Shown one piece after another: positions 36,468-45,279 of a stretch of DNA of 64,000 nt. The translations under genes were made by a program, and so were the position numbers. How positions within the stretch are numbered: position 1 is the stretch's first letter; every line of letters begins with the position of its first letter. The stretch is from a virus. Under the pieces are notes generated by a model, which was given only the letters and a program-made list of their open reading frames with translations, did not search any database and was not told the DNA's origin. The DNA is taken from UHGV virus genome UHGV-0279745. One strand, written 5' to 3'.

Positions 36468-36944
36468 ATGACCAGTCAAGAAACTATCTTCGACCTTATT
36501 AAAAAGGCTAACCCAGACGCTGAGCTTGACACCGCCAAAGTTACATTGGGTGAGCCCGTCGTAAGTACCGGTGCGTACAACACCGAAGTTACGGTTGCGT
36601 CAATTAAGAATCTCGGTTATGCTAATAAGCAAACGTTCCAGTATAACCGCATCGATGCAGGTTTGTATTTCCTCAACGTATTGCCGAAACTGTTAGTTGA
36701 ATCAGCCACCACGACTGCGGACCTGTTGCCTGTAATTAACGAACAATATGGCTTAACCCTTACTGAAGACGACGTATGGGTAGAGCAGGTTGGTGAGTTA
36801 CCGCTGGACGGCAGCGCAATCGAGCACGGCATTTTCTTCCGTCCTGAGTGCCTAACCTGGGTCGGTGGTTTTACAGTGCGCGTTGCGCGTAAACCGACTG
36901 TTGAAACACCGCCAGCTAATCCATCGCGCGCTAAGAAGAAATAA
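36468..36944 (+). CDS. family-X paralog (putative virion-associated protein)
   Basis: DLIKKANPDAELDTAKVTLGEP...TFQYNRID matches the family-X signature; terminator follows. Confidence 0.55.
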   Translation: MTSQETIFDLIKKANPDAELDTAKVTLGEPVVSTGAYNTEVTVASIKNLGYANKQTFQYNRIDAGLYFLNVLPKLLVESATTTADLLPVINEQYGLTLTEDDVWVEQVGELPLDGSAIEHGIFFRPECLTWVGGFTVRVARKPTVETPPANPSRAKKK

Positions 36945-36947
36945 CGA

Positions 36948-36984
36948 CAGGGTGGGGTAATCCCACCCTCTTTTCTTTTTTTGT
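36948..36984 (+). terminator. rho-independent terminator
   Basis: AGGGTGGG-gtaat-CCCACCCT followed by a T-run. Confidence 0.75.
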
Positions 36985-37005
36985 GTAAAAGAGGAGTTAA
37001 ACAAA

Positions 37006-37596
37006 ATGGCCGAACGTTGGACTAAAGAAGGTATTATTGCTTCGAAAACAGATTTAGAAGGAGGGTACGTAAACGACCCTGACGATAAAGGTGGGGAAAC
37101 CTGTCACGGTGTAACACTAACAACTGCACGCGAATACGGGTATAAAGGGAGAATGAAGGATCTGACCCGTGCGCAGGCGTTTGATATTTACGATCGCGGT
37201 TGGTGGAAGAAACTTAAACTCGATGAGATTTTAGCTATCTCACCCTTACTCGCAGACCGGATGTTTGATTTTGCTATTAACTCTGGCCGCGTTAACTGTG
37301 TGAAATCGTTACAACGTATTCTGAACGTTTTAAATAACGAAGGGAAACTTTACGCAGATATTGACACTGATGGCGGTATGGGACCTAAAACGCTAGGTGC
37401 CCTGAATGCTTATCTGAATTACCGTAAAGACGAGGGGTTAGGCATCTTAATCTTTGCCTTAATCTCACACCAGGTAACTTACTACACAGAAATCTCCGAA
37501 AAGCGTAAGAAGAATGAAAAATTCGCTTACGGTTGGTATGCGCGTGTGTTCAGGGAAATGCCGGATTATGTGGCGAAGGCGGGGTTAGTAAAATGA
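37006..37596 (+). CDS. GH108-family lysozyme-like peptidoglycan hydrolase (putative endolysin)
   Basis: N-terminal KTDLEGGYVNDPDDKGGETCHGVT matches the GH108 signature (EGG..D..D.GG.T..G[IV]T) as recalled. Confidence 0.7.
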   Translation: MAERWTKEGIIASKTDLEGGYVNDPDDKGGETCHGVTLTTAREYGYKGRMKDLTRAQAFDIYDRGWWKKLKLDEILAISPLLADRMFDFAINSGRVNCVKSLQRILNVLNNEGKLYADIDTDGGMGPKTLGALNAYLNYRKDEGLGILIFALISHQVTYYTEISEKRKKNEKFAYGWYARVFREMPDYVAKAGLVK

Positions 37597-37697
37597 ACTG
37601 GTTTGCTAAACTCTTAGCACTATTGTGGAAAGCGTTAACGTCTGGACGGAAACGTAAAGACGAAAAGCGTGGGTACGAATTTTTCTGGTTTCTATAA
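37593..37697 (+). CDS. 34-aa amphipathic/basic peptide, translationally coupled to the lysozyme gene
   Basis: ATG 37593 overlaps the lysozyme TGA (ATGA); translates to MNWFAKLLALLWKALTSGRKRKDEKRGYEFFWFL; below the ORF-track size cutoff. Confidence 0.3.
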   Translation: MNWFAKLLALLWKALTSGRKRKDEKRGYEFFWFL

Positions 37698-37712
37698 GGG
37701 AAGGTGTGGGTA

Positions 37713-38378
37713 ATGGAGAAGCTTCAATATAAACGTTTAGACAATAAGTGGTTTGTATTAACGGAGGATTACCATTATCCGTTTACGTTACGTGAAATTT
37801 ATCACGACCACGTACACTTAGACCGTGCGGTTTATTTAACGGGTGTATTGCCTGACACACAACTGTGGTTAACGGCACCGAAAGGGTTCGTTACCGATTT
37901 AGCGTCGATTCCTGAACACCTCCAGGGAATTTTCCATCCTGACGGGCCGTGGGCACCTGCGGCCTGCATTCACGACCTACTCTATCAAAAATGCAGTACG
38001 GAACGTAGCTATCCCATGACACCGGGTGGTAACGTTTCGCGTATTATCGACAAAGAGTTTTCTGACTTAACGTTCCTGCGTATTATGCAGTCGTTAGAAA
38101 TCTCGCCTTATATCTGCCAAACATTTTATAAGGCCGTCGTTGAATTCGGCTGGGATTCCTACGTAGATCCTAATGCAAAGCCATCCTACAACACTAACGC
38201 GTTTCGTACGTTAGATTATAATCGAAACTATTTATTCGTTCGCGAGTTTAAGGAACCTGCAATCCCTGACCACGAACGTATTGATATCACCACAGATCAG
38301 CCCGTTAATGTCAAATACCTGAACATCAAACGTGCTTTTCTGTCTGGGAGGGAAGATGTTTCATCCAAATCCGAGTAA
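37713..38378 (+). CDS. DUF1353-like protein
   Basis: GFVTDLASIPEHL...ACIHDLLY resembles the DUF1353 signature (F.TDGASIP...HD.LY); ATG 37713 preferred over GTG 37704. Confidence 0.45.
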   Translation: MEKLQYKRLDNKWFVLTEDYHYPFTLREIYHDHVHLDRAVYLTGVLPDTQLWLTAPKGFVTDLASIPEHLQGIFHPDGPWAPAACIHDLLYQKCSTERSYPMTPGGNVSRIIDKEFSDLTFLRIMQSLEISPYICQTFYKAVVEFGWDSYVDPNAKPSYNTNAFRTLDYNRNYLFVREFKEPAIPDHERIDITTDQPVNVKYLNIKRAFLSGREDVSSKSE

Positions 38379-38871
38379 CTTTAAACTCAAAGAGTTAGTA
38401 CCACAGTCTTATATTGCCAAATACGGCGATTCTGCAATTCGGTTTATGAATCCGTTGTTAATGATTTCGCTACAACAGATTCGTAACCGTTTCGGTAGAA
38501 TGGTGATTAACTCGCCTGCTGCGCAACAGCGTGGCCTAAGAACCTTAGACTTTTTCATCAACCAAGAAAAGCCTAAAGGCGGTAACTATAAACAACGTGC
38601 TTTACAACTCTACTCTGATTCGGGGAGTCAGCACAAGTTCGGTAATGCGATTGATGCAACGTTGTTGGACAGTACCGTAAAGCAGGTTCACGACTACATC
38701 GCCGCTAACCCTGATGAGTTTCCGTTCATTCACTTTATTGAATGCGACATCAGTTGGTTACACATCGACGTTCGTAACCAACCTAACATTACTTTCTGGT
38801 CACCAAATCGAGGTACTGTGAAAGTGGTTAAGCAAAAACCAATCGACTGGAGCTCCTTAGTCGAGATTTAA
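38356..38871 (+). CDS. peptidase M15-like (zinc D,D-/L,D-peptidase fold) cell-wall hydrolase (putative)
   Basis: SGSQHKFGNAIDAT and SWLHIDVRN resemble the M15 zinc-ligand motifs (SxHxxGxAxD ... H.D); ATG 38356 follows GGGAGGGAAG. Confidence 0.5.
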   Translation: MFHPNPSNFKLKELVPQSYIAKYGDSAIRFMNPLLMISLQQIRNRFGRMVINSPAAQQRGLRTLDFFINQEKPKGGNYKQRALQLYSDSGSQHKFGNAIDATLLDSTVKQVHDYIAANPDEFPFIHFIECDISWLHIDVRNQPNITFWSPNRGTVKVVKQKPIDWSSLVEI

Positions 38872-38954
38872 CTATTTCTAAGGTGTTTATACCTTATTTT
38901 GTATAAAGACGCTTAGAATGCGTTCTACGCACGATTTGACGGTTAAAATGAATA

Positions 38955-38990
38955 TACCCTACTCCTTATCGGGAGTAGGGTAGTTTTTAT
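38955..38990. terminator. terminator between convergent genes
   Basis: ACCCTACTCC-ttatcg-GGAGTAGGGT followed by TTTTTAT on the plus strand. Confidence 0.65.
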
Positions 38991-39469
38991 TATTCCGCAG
39001 GATGGAGCATTGTTCCGGTGTCAGGAGCTACACCTTCTTTACAGTGGAAGAAAGTAATGCCTTTACCATCACCCGTTTTATATTCTAAAGTAGAATACGC
39101 AAACGTTGGTGTTTTTGAAAGTAACCCATTTACACGGTAGTAACGTTGCCCCGTGATAGGATCGATATTTCCATTAACTTTACCTAATAAATCTTTATAA
39201 AGTTGGGGTGACTCAATCTTACCATTTGGCCAAGTGGCTACCCAGTTAGCGCCAGTATCGATCACAGTTACTGAACCTAACATTAGGTTAGTCGAACTAA
39301 CGACAGGTTTGTAATTTACAAAATCCTGCTCTACACCCATACAGGTGTAAATAACCATGTCGTGTGGCTCTACGGGTACAGTTGAGAATTGGCCGTTAGC
39401 GGTGGGTTGTAAAGCACATCCTGCTAATGAAAAAACACCAACCATAGCGATAAGAAAACGTTTTAGCAT
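38990..39469 (-). CDS. lipoprotein (signal peptide with lipobox LAGC)
   Basis: MLKRFLIAMVGVFSLAGCALQP has a type II signal peptide/lipobox; start trimmed from the ORF-track 39529 to ATG 39469. Confidence 0.6.
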   Translation of the reverse strand: MLKRFLIAMVGVFSLAGCALQPTANGQFSTVPVEPHDMVIYTCMGVEQDFVNYKPVVSSTNLMLGSVTVIDTGANWVATWPNGKIESPQLYKDLLGKVNGNIDPITGQRYYRVNGLLSKTPTFAYSTLEYKTGDGKGITFFHCKEGVAPDTGTMLHPAE

Positions 39470-39531
39470 GTTTTCACCTTTTATAAAAAAGTTAAAAATA
39501 ATAATTTTACAGACGACCCTTACTGCCATCT

Positions 39532-39560
39532 GTCATAACTATTAAAACCACTTCTATAAT
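39532..39560 (+). promoter_or_regulatory. putative sigma70-like -10 element upstream of high-expression family-X gene
   Basis: TATAAT at 39555-39560, 48 nt upstream of ATG 39608, in a divergent intergenic region; -35 match is weak (GTCATA). Confidence 0.3.
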
Positions 39561-39607
39561 CCGAACAATACTATGCAATCCACCCTGCCACACACGAGGT
39601 AAAAACG

Positions 39608-40144
39608 ATGGCTAAAGCTTTCAATCTGCAGCTCATTGAAGCTGTTAAAGCTAAAAACCCAGACACTGCGTCTAAACTGACCGTAGAAGACGTTGATTTT
39701 GGCGCTGTTGCTGCGTTCAGCGGCAAATCTGGACGTAATACTAAAATTACGCTGACTGCAAAAGAAAAAAGTGCTAACTTTACCGGCAGCAAAGAATTCC
39801 ATTATATCCGTCTGGCATCCCAAGACCTGATCGGTGCTAAAGCTTACCAGCAGGAAGGTAGCCTCGAACTGGAAAACGCTGCCATTGTAGCCAAACTGAA
39901 CGAAGAGATGGTTACTAAAGGTTATGTAGATGACGCGTTTGCAGAAGGCGAACTCACCATCGAAAAATCTGATGGCGAAAGCGGTGCTAAAGTTTACACC
40001 GTTAAAGTAAACGATGCGCACATCAAATTCTTAGCCGGTACCATTGCCACCTTCACCTATACCAACCCGGTTCCTCCGAAGGTAGCTCTGAGCGGCCTGG
40101 AAGGTGAACTGGATAGCTTCACCGCTCCGGGTATCGGGGGCTAA
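39608..40144 (+). CDS. family-X paralog with high-expression codon usage (putative abundant virion protein)
   Basis: Family signature (TKITLTA...FHYIRL); strongly biased codon choice (CTG, CCG, GGT/GGC, CGT, AAA, GAA) unlike neighbours. Confidence 0.65.
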   Translation: MAKAFNLQLIEAVKAKNPDTASKLTVEDVDFGAVAAFSGKSGRNTKITLTAKEKSANFTGSKEFHYIRLASQDLIGAKAYQQEGSLELENAAIVAKLNEEMVTKGYVDDAFAEGELTIEKSDGESGAKVYTVKVNDAHIKFLAGTIATFTYTNPVPPKVALSGLEGELDSFTAPGIGG

Positions 40145-40214
40145 GTAAGTTAAATCGGGGAGGGGGTAACCTCCCCGATATTTCTTTAACTCGTACTATT
40201 AAGGATTTAAGATA

Positions 40215-40745
40215 ATGGCAGCTACTAACCAGATGATGTTGGTCGCGCTTTATAATGCTGCTAACACTGAGCTACCACATCAGATTACTGATAAAGAAGT
40301 GTCCTTTGGTCTCCCTACTGCGCTGGAAGGCGAAGGTAAGAATACCAAAGTTACCATGACTGCACTGCCGGGTTCTGAGAATTTCAAAGGCGCAATCGAA
40401 CTGAAATACGATCGTCTGGAGCCGGGTGTTGTAGGTCGTATTGAGCTAACTGACGATCTGTCTCGCTGGGTTCAAGAAAATGAACTGCGCGCTTGGTTAC
40501 AATATTACATCAACAAAGTAAAACCTGACGACGCTATCGCACCAGCTGACGTTGTGTACAACACCGAAGACCAGAAAGACGAACATGAAAACGTCACTCT
40601 GCGTACCGTGACGTGCACCGTTACTGAAAGAAACCTCCGTTATAAACCAGGTGTAATGGCAACTTTCGTAATTACGCCGAAAGTTGTTGATAATCGTATT
40701 GACCTGGCCACCACCAACGGCGAGCTGGACGGTTTTACGTCCTAA
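40215..40745 (+). CDS. family-X paralog with high-expression codon usage (putative abundant virion protein)
   Basis: Family signature (TKVTMTAL...LKYDRL); similar codon bias; bidirectional terminator follows. Confidence 0.65.
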   Translation: MAATNQMMLVALYNAANTELPHQITDKEVSFGLPTALEGEGKNTKVTMTALPGSENFKGAIELKYDRLEPGVVGRIELTDDLSRWVQENELRAWLQYYINKVKPDDAIAPADVVYNTEDQKDEHENVTLRTVTCTVTERNLRYKPGVMATFVITPKVVDNRIDLATTNGELDGFTS

Positions 40746-40801
40746 GAAAAAATAAAAATACCTACCTCCTATTACGGGAGGTAGGTATACTATTTTTTTT
40801 C
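40746..40801. terminator. bidirectional rho-independent terminator
   Basis: TACCTACCTCC-tattacg-GGAGGTAGGTA flanked by an A-run (left) and T-run (right), between convergent genes. Confidence 0.8.
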
Positions 40802-40809
40802 GCTGTCGA

Positions 40810-41481
40810 TTACAGCCCTTGCTCTAACGCAAACGCTTTTATCGAATCGTAATCACGTGCTTCAGCCCAAGCCCTGACTTCTCTTTTCTGCTCAGACATT
40901 GCGTGGTGTAGTTTTTGATCGCGCTCAACGATTGCTGCCAGCAACGTCTTGCACTGTTCTAACGTAAACGGTTCGATACGGGTGTTGTTAGCCGTTAACC
41001 AATACGCTGGCGCAGTTTCTGACTGGATATAACGACTCAGTGCTACCTGTGACTTCTCATCTGCCTGGAAAGTGAAATCACCTACCTGAATCTCAGCATA
41101 GCGTGCATCCTGATAACGGAATTCCAAAGCGCTTAGAATTTTCTGAACATCGGTAAAGATGTACCGCACCGTGGAACGTAAACCTGTACGAATTTCTTCC
41201 AGGTCAATCCCCAACGTGTCGTTAACAAAGTCTTTCGCTTTCTGTAGCGTAAACCGTGCTTCGATTTCAGACATGTCGTAGTTACGCATTTGTTCCAATG
41301 CTTCGCGATCAGACATCCCATCAATCAACTTATAGTGCAGTAACGCACAAAACCCTGTACGGCCGTGATCTTCGCTACCGATTTTCTCCATGTAGTTACC
41401 ATGACGATCAATCGGTAAATCGTGCGCAAAATAACGGCGACGGATTTCTTCTTTCGTTAAGCCTTCACCAGTAGCAGACAT
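40810..41481 (-). CDS. hypothetical protein (last gene of rSAM-containing operon)
   Basis: 223-aa ORF overlapping the upstream gene end by 25 nt. Confidence 0.55.
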   Translation of the reverse strand: MSATGEGLTKEEIRRRYFAHDLPIDRHGNYMEKIGSEDHGRTGFCALLHYKLIDGMSDREALEQMRNYDMSEIEARFTLQKAKDFVNDTLGIDLEEIRTGLRSTVRYIFTDVQKILSALEFRYQDARYAEIQVGDFTFQADEKSQVALSRYIQSETAPAYWLTANNTRIEPFTLEQCKTLLAAIVERDQKLHHAMSEQKREVRAWAEARDYDSIKAFALEQGL

Positions 41482-42029
41482 TCATCGTCTCCTTTAATCA
41501 ACCCTAATTCGATTAACAGTTCAAAATCGATATGACGGAATCTTGTGTCGAAGTCCGATTCCCAATCGATACGGATACCCTGGCATTCTTCTGGCGTTAG
41601 CTCAGGAAAAATCACGCTATTAAATTTCTCCCGCTCATCGTAAAACCCATCAATCGGTGAGTTCGGGTTACGTGTTGCGAAGATAGTAATGCCGGGGAAG
41701 GACAATGCCAACACAGTGATAGATTCTGCGCTGGGTTCGCTTAAAGAGCGGCGTAGAAACGCAATTTTGTGACGTGGGAAATCCAATACCCGTTCTTCAA
41801 ACCCTGGGTTACGTTTTTCAATTTCCGCGACCGACAGGTCAGTAAGTTCGGTGCAGTACATTGGGATGATTACAGTCACACCGTGACGAATCAGCAAGCG
41901 TTTTACGTCATCGGTGAAATCTTCACCGTTAATCACCACATAACAACCAAATAGCTTACTGTTTTCCAGAAACTTATCCAGAAGTCGAATTCTACGCTTC
42001 GTAATATTGTTGATCAGAATTGGTTTCAT
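41457..42029 (-). CDS. hypothetical protein (rSAM-operon accessory)
   Basis: 190-aa ORF; start overlaps the 3' end of the radical SAM gene. Confidence 0.5.
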   Translation of the reverse strand: MKPILINNITKRRIRLLDKFLENSKLFGCYVVINGEDFTDDVKRLLIRHGVTVIIPMYCTELTDLSVAEIEKRNPGFEERVLDFPRHKIAFLRRSLSEPSAESITVLALSFPGITIFATRNPNSPIDGFYDEREKFNSVIFPELTPEECQGIRIDWESDFDTRFRHIDFELLIELGLIKGDDECLLLVKA

Positions 42030-43314
42030 CTTTGGCTTCTCTTAATAATTTTTCCTTTTGGGCACGTTCACGAACACAGCGTGGGCAATAACACATGCTC
42101 GTGTCGTGGAACGCTTTTGCTGACGTCGTACCCATCTTCTGTTTCCAGTATTCCGCCACCATCAGTTTCGCTGTCGTCCAGCCACACTGACGTCGTTCAG
42201 CGTGATACGCTTTACGGTCTTCTAACGTTCCTTCCCCGTTCTCGTAAGAAGCCGCCGCGCAGCTACCACAAGCGTGTTTCATCGGACAACCTAAACAGGT
42301 CTCTGGGTAGTTGGTATATTGCGTTTGAATCTCTTCTAACAATTTACCGTTGTCCAGACTGACGAATTCCCGACCTACCAACTCAAACACCGCAGAACGC
42401 GACGTTACCGTTGACATAAAGCGGTTACAGCCAAAGATCTTACGGTCAAATCCTAAGCACGTCATGTGCGTTAACGTCCCACAGAACGGACGTAAGCGTT
42501 CTGGGTTCAGCCGTACGGTGTCATTATACAGTAACTGGTCACGCCAGTTCGGTTCCCAAATCGTATCGAAATCCAACCCTTCTGGAATGATGTGCGATAA
42601 GATATTACGTGGGTTGGTGTGTAATCCTTTCTCAACCCAGTAATCTATCACATCCATCATCTGTAAAGCGATTGACGTCGCCATGCTACGTGGCATAACG
42701 TCTTCGAAAGTTACGTTTCCAGAAATTGTCCCACCGCCAGTAATGTCAATTAATGACTTCATCCCCGCAGCATAGAACGGCAGCGTTTCTAACGTAAAGG
42801 TTGCTTTTACGCCGAGCTCTGCAATGCCAACCTCTTTTAAGTAGTTATAGCCACGTACTGCGGCTTCGTAAGAACCCTGGCGTGTTGTTGTGAATATACG
42901 ATAACGGTCATGGGATTCAGGTAAGCCGTCAATCGAAACCCCAACCGAAAGTTTGTCTTTCCAACGTTCTACAATCTCACGGTTCAACGGACGATCTAAC
43001 AGCGTTCCGTTCGTGGAGATACTAAACATAAACGGTCGGTTGTGTTCTTTACACAACTGCTCAGCGGTTTCAAACGCAGCCAGCAGCAGTTTAGGTTGCA
43101 TGAACGGTTCACCACCGATAATGTCAATAATAACTTCAACATTCGGTTCGTTTTTATCACGTTCAAAACAGGCGTGTAAGAAATCAACAATATCTGCCGC
43201 TTTGTTGTTACGCGGGTACTTACGTTCGTAACAATACTCGCAGTCCAGGTTACACGAAAGGTTGGTTACGATCTGATACGTTAACTGCTTAGGGAATTCA
43301 TTTACTTGACTCAT
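41992..43314 (-). CDS. radical SAM enzyme with C-terminal SPASM-like Cys cluster
   Basis: CNLDCEYC (CxxxCxxC) near the N-terminus, GGEPFM glycine-rich SAM motif, and C-terminal clusters CGTLTHMTC...C and CLGCPMKHACGSC; GAGGGG SD before ATG. Confidence 0.85.
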   Translation of the reverse strand: MSQVNEFPKQLTYQIVTNLSCNLDCEYCYERKYPRNNKAADIVDFLHACFERDKNEPNVEVIIDIIGGEPFMQPKLLLAAFETAEQLCKEHNRPFMFSISTNGTLLDRPLNREIVERWKDKLSVGVSIDGLPESHDRYRIFTTTRQGSYEAAVRGYNYLKEVGIAELGVKATFTLETLPFYAAGMKSLIDITGGGTISGNVTFEDVMPRSMATSIALQMMDVIDYWVEKGLHTNPRNILSHIIPEGLDFDTIWEPNWRDQLLYNDTVRLNPERLRPFCGTLTHMTCLGFDRKIFGCNRFMSTVTSRSAVFELVGREFVSLDNGKLLEEIQTQYTNYPETCLGCPMKHACGSCAAASYENGEGTLEDRKAYHAERRQCGWTTAKLMVAEYWKQKMGTTSAKAFHDTSMCYCPRCVRERAQKEKLLREAKDETNSDQQYYEA

Positions 43315-44221
43315 TTGCCGCCCCTCTATTACGCCCTGCCATCACCACACGACGAATATATTCGTACGCCTCTACACCGATAGAGAAGGCCAGTTGGTTA
43401 CATCCCGATTCCAGAACGTTAGGTGCATTCTGGAGTTGGTGCTCACCACCGTCTGCATTAATCCAAAGACTTTCGCTGCAAACGTTACACCCTTCTTCAA
43501 ACACTTTACTTACTGTAAAGCCGCATTCACGACTATTTACTACATTCAGTCGTTCAATGTTATCCTGAACCTGATAGTAGCCGTAAATAAAGTTCATGAC
43601 GTGGTCGGGCGATAAAGGTTTTGGCATTTTCGCATCTAAGAGTAACGTCATTGCACGGAAACCGTAATGGTAAATCGCGCTGTGCAGCTGAATAATATCT
43701 TCGTGCCAGCGTTTGTCCCCTAAACGGTCCCGTGTCAGGACACCCCAAGTCTGGACATTATCCAGCTCGTAGATCGTTTCCAGTGCTTCGTAACAGCCTT
43801 CGTCAATAAAGCGCATAAACGGGCGCTCAGACGACTTAAACCCATCGATGCTAACGTAGACATTGTCAAACTGTTTTAGCAACGGGAGATGCGATTTACG
43901 CATCTTTAAGCCATTGGTATACAACTGGTGTTTGAGTTCTGGACGAATCACTTTTAATTCGTCAACAAACGCCTCAATTTTACGGGTTGCCAGTAATGGC
44001 TCACCACCCGTCCACTGAATTTCGGTAATGGTTGGATTAGCTTCCAACGCTTCCAAAATTCGTTCACGTTGAAACTCTCGCGGAGAATCTTCACGATTCA
44101 TGTAATAGGCTCCACCGCAGAAGCTACAATCCAGGTTGCACTTGGACGTAGCGACTACGGACAATACGGTGGGTTTATCGTATAAACGATTCGATAACCT
44201 TGGTTCTGCATTGGTTGTCAT
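43298..44221 (-). CDS. radical SAM enzyme (second, shorter; twitch-like C-terminal Cys)
   Basis: CNLDCSFC (CxxxCxxC), GGEPLL motif, C-terminal C-x14-C-x2-C...C; 3' end overlaps the next rSAM start by 17 nt. Confidence 0.85.
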   Translation of the reverse strand: MTTNAEPRLSNRLYDKPTVLSVVATSKCNLDCSFCGGAYYMNREDSPREFQRERILEALEANPTITEIQWTGGEPLLATRKIEAFVDELKVIRPELKHQLYTNGLKMRKSHLPLLKQFDNVYVSIDGFKSSERPFMRFIDEGCYEALETIYELDNVQTWGVLTRDRLGDKRWHEDIIQLHSAIYHYGFRAMTLLLDAKMPKPLSPDHVMNFIYGYYQVQDNIERLNVVNSRECGFTVSKVFEEGCNVCSESLWINADGGEHQLQNAPNVLESGCNQLAFSIGVEAYEYIRRVVMAGRNRGAANESSK

Positions 44222-44242
44222 TGCAGGTGACTCCGGTCGTTT

Positions 44243-45130
44243 TTAAATATAATCAATGGCGAACAAAGGATCGTCGTCTACGTTAGCACCAGGGGTTAAC
44301 AAGAATGGAGAGTTATACGCTTCCAAAATACGGTTAAGGTCTTTATAACGGACATTTAAACGTTCTAAATCCGCTAACGTTACGTTACGGTCCAACACCG
44401 CCGACACTGCTGCTTTCTCTTCGTCAGTTAACGTGACTTTCGTCATTAAGAAACTAACGAGTTTTGCCAGATCCGCTTCTGTTGACGGATGCTCGCCAAT
44501 ACGCGTTTGAATCAAATGCTGCATCCAAGGCTTACGGATGCGTTTTGTGATTTCGTGTTCATCCGTCAGGGCAACCCACACGGAACGTTCACGATCCCAC
44601 ACGAACTTATAGCTATACGCCATTAAATCCGCTAAGCAATTAATCCCTAACGCTTCGTACCCTTCAATTTCGATATACGATTCCGTATCGAAATAGTTCT
44701 TCGTTTCTGGTGTTACCAGGGTAAAGAAATACGGGAACGAACCTAAGTAATCCGGCGACCACCAACGACGGGCAACCGGTTTTGCGCCCATTTCTTCAAA
44801 TGGGGTAAAGAACAATTCCATATCTACGGAGTTATTCAAAATCCCGTCACTAAAGAAATATTTACCCGCAACCAGTTTACCACGCAACTCGGAGTCACCG
44901 GTAAAGACCACTACACTTTCTGCCGTCAGATCACGAATCTTAAACGTATTTTCTACACGATAGTTTTTACGATCGGTGAAGAAACGTCCGCGCACTTTAG
45001 GCCATTCGCCCGGCAACTGAGTCAACAGACGAACTTCATCTGCTAAGTGTGCACGTACGGAATCAGGGGAAGAAATGTGAAGTGGATGATTGAAAATTGT
45101 TTTGTACGCTAAATGTAAATCATTCTTCAT
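44243..45130 (-). CDS. hypothetical protein (rSAM-operon accessory)
   Basis: ORF 44243-45142; ATG 45130 preferred (TGGAG 7 nt upstream). No motif recognised. Confidence 0.5.
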   Translation of the reverse strand: MKNDLHLAYKTIFNHPLHISSPDSVRAHLADEVRLLTQLPGEWPKVRGRFFTDRKNYRVENTFKIRDLTAESVVVFTGDSELRGKLVAGKYFFSDGILNNSVDMELFFTPFEEMGAKPVARRWWSPDYLGSFPYFFTLVTPETKNYFDTESYIEIEGYEALGINCLADLMAYSYKFVWDRERSVWVALTDEHEITKRIRKPWMQHLIQTRIGEHPSTEADLAKLVSFLMTKVTLTDEEKAAVSAVLDRNVTLADLERLNVRYKDLNRILEAYNSPFLLTPGANVDDDPLFAIDYI

Positions 45131-45279
45131 TGATTGCTCCAATTATTTCACGGTCAAACGGACATTCAGGGTATAGAAACCACCGCACCGTTGCCTACCG
45201 ATAACTTGAAACTCAGTAGTAAACCCGTACAATTAACTCAGTTATTGCGTAATAGACATACTACCACTGGAGGGCTTAG

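Noticed and set aside
39554-40021. 155-aa minus-strand ORF opposite the high-expression family-X gene
   Set aside because: Antisense to a gene with strong codon bias and a family signature; Phe/Ser-rich low-complexity product.
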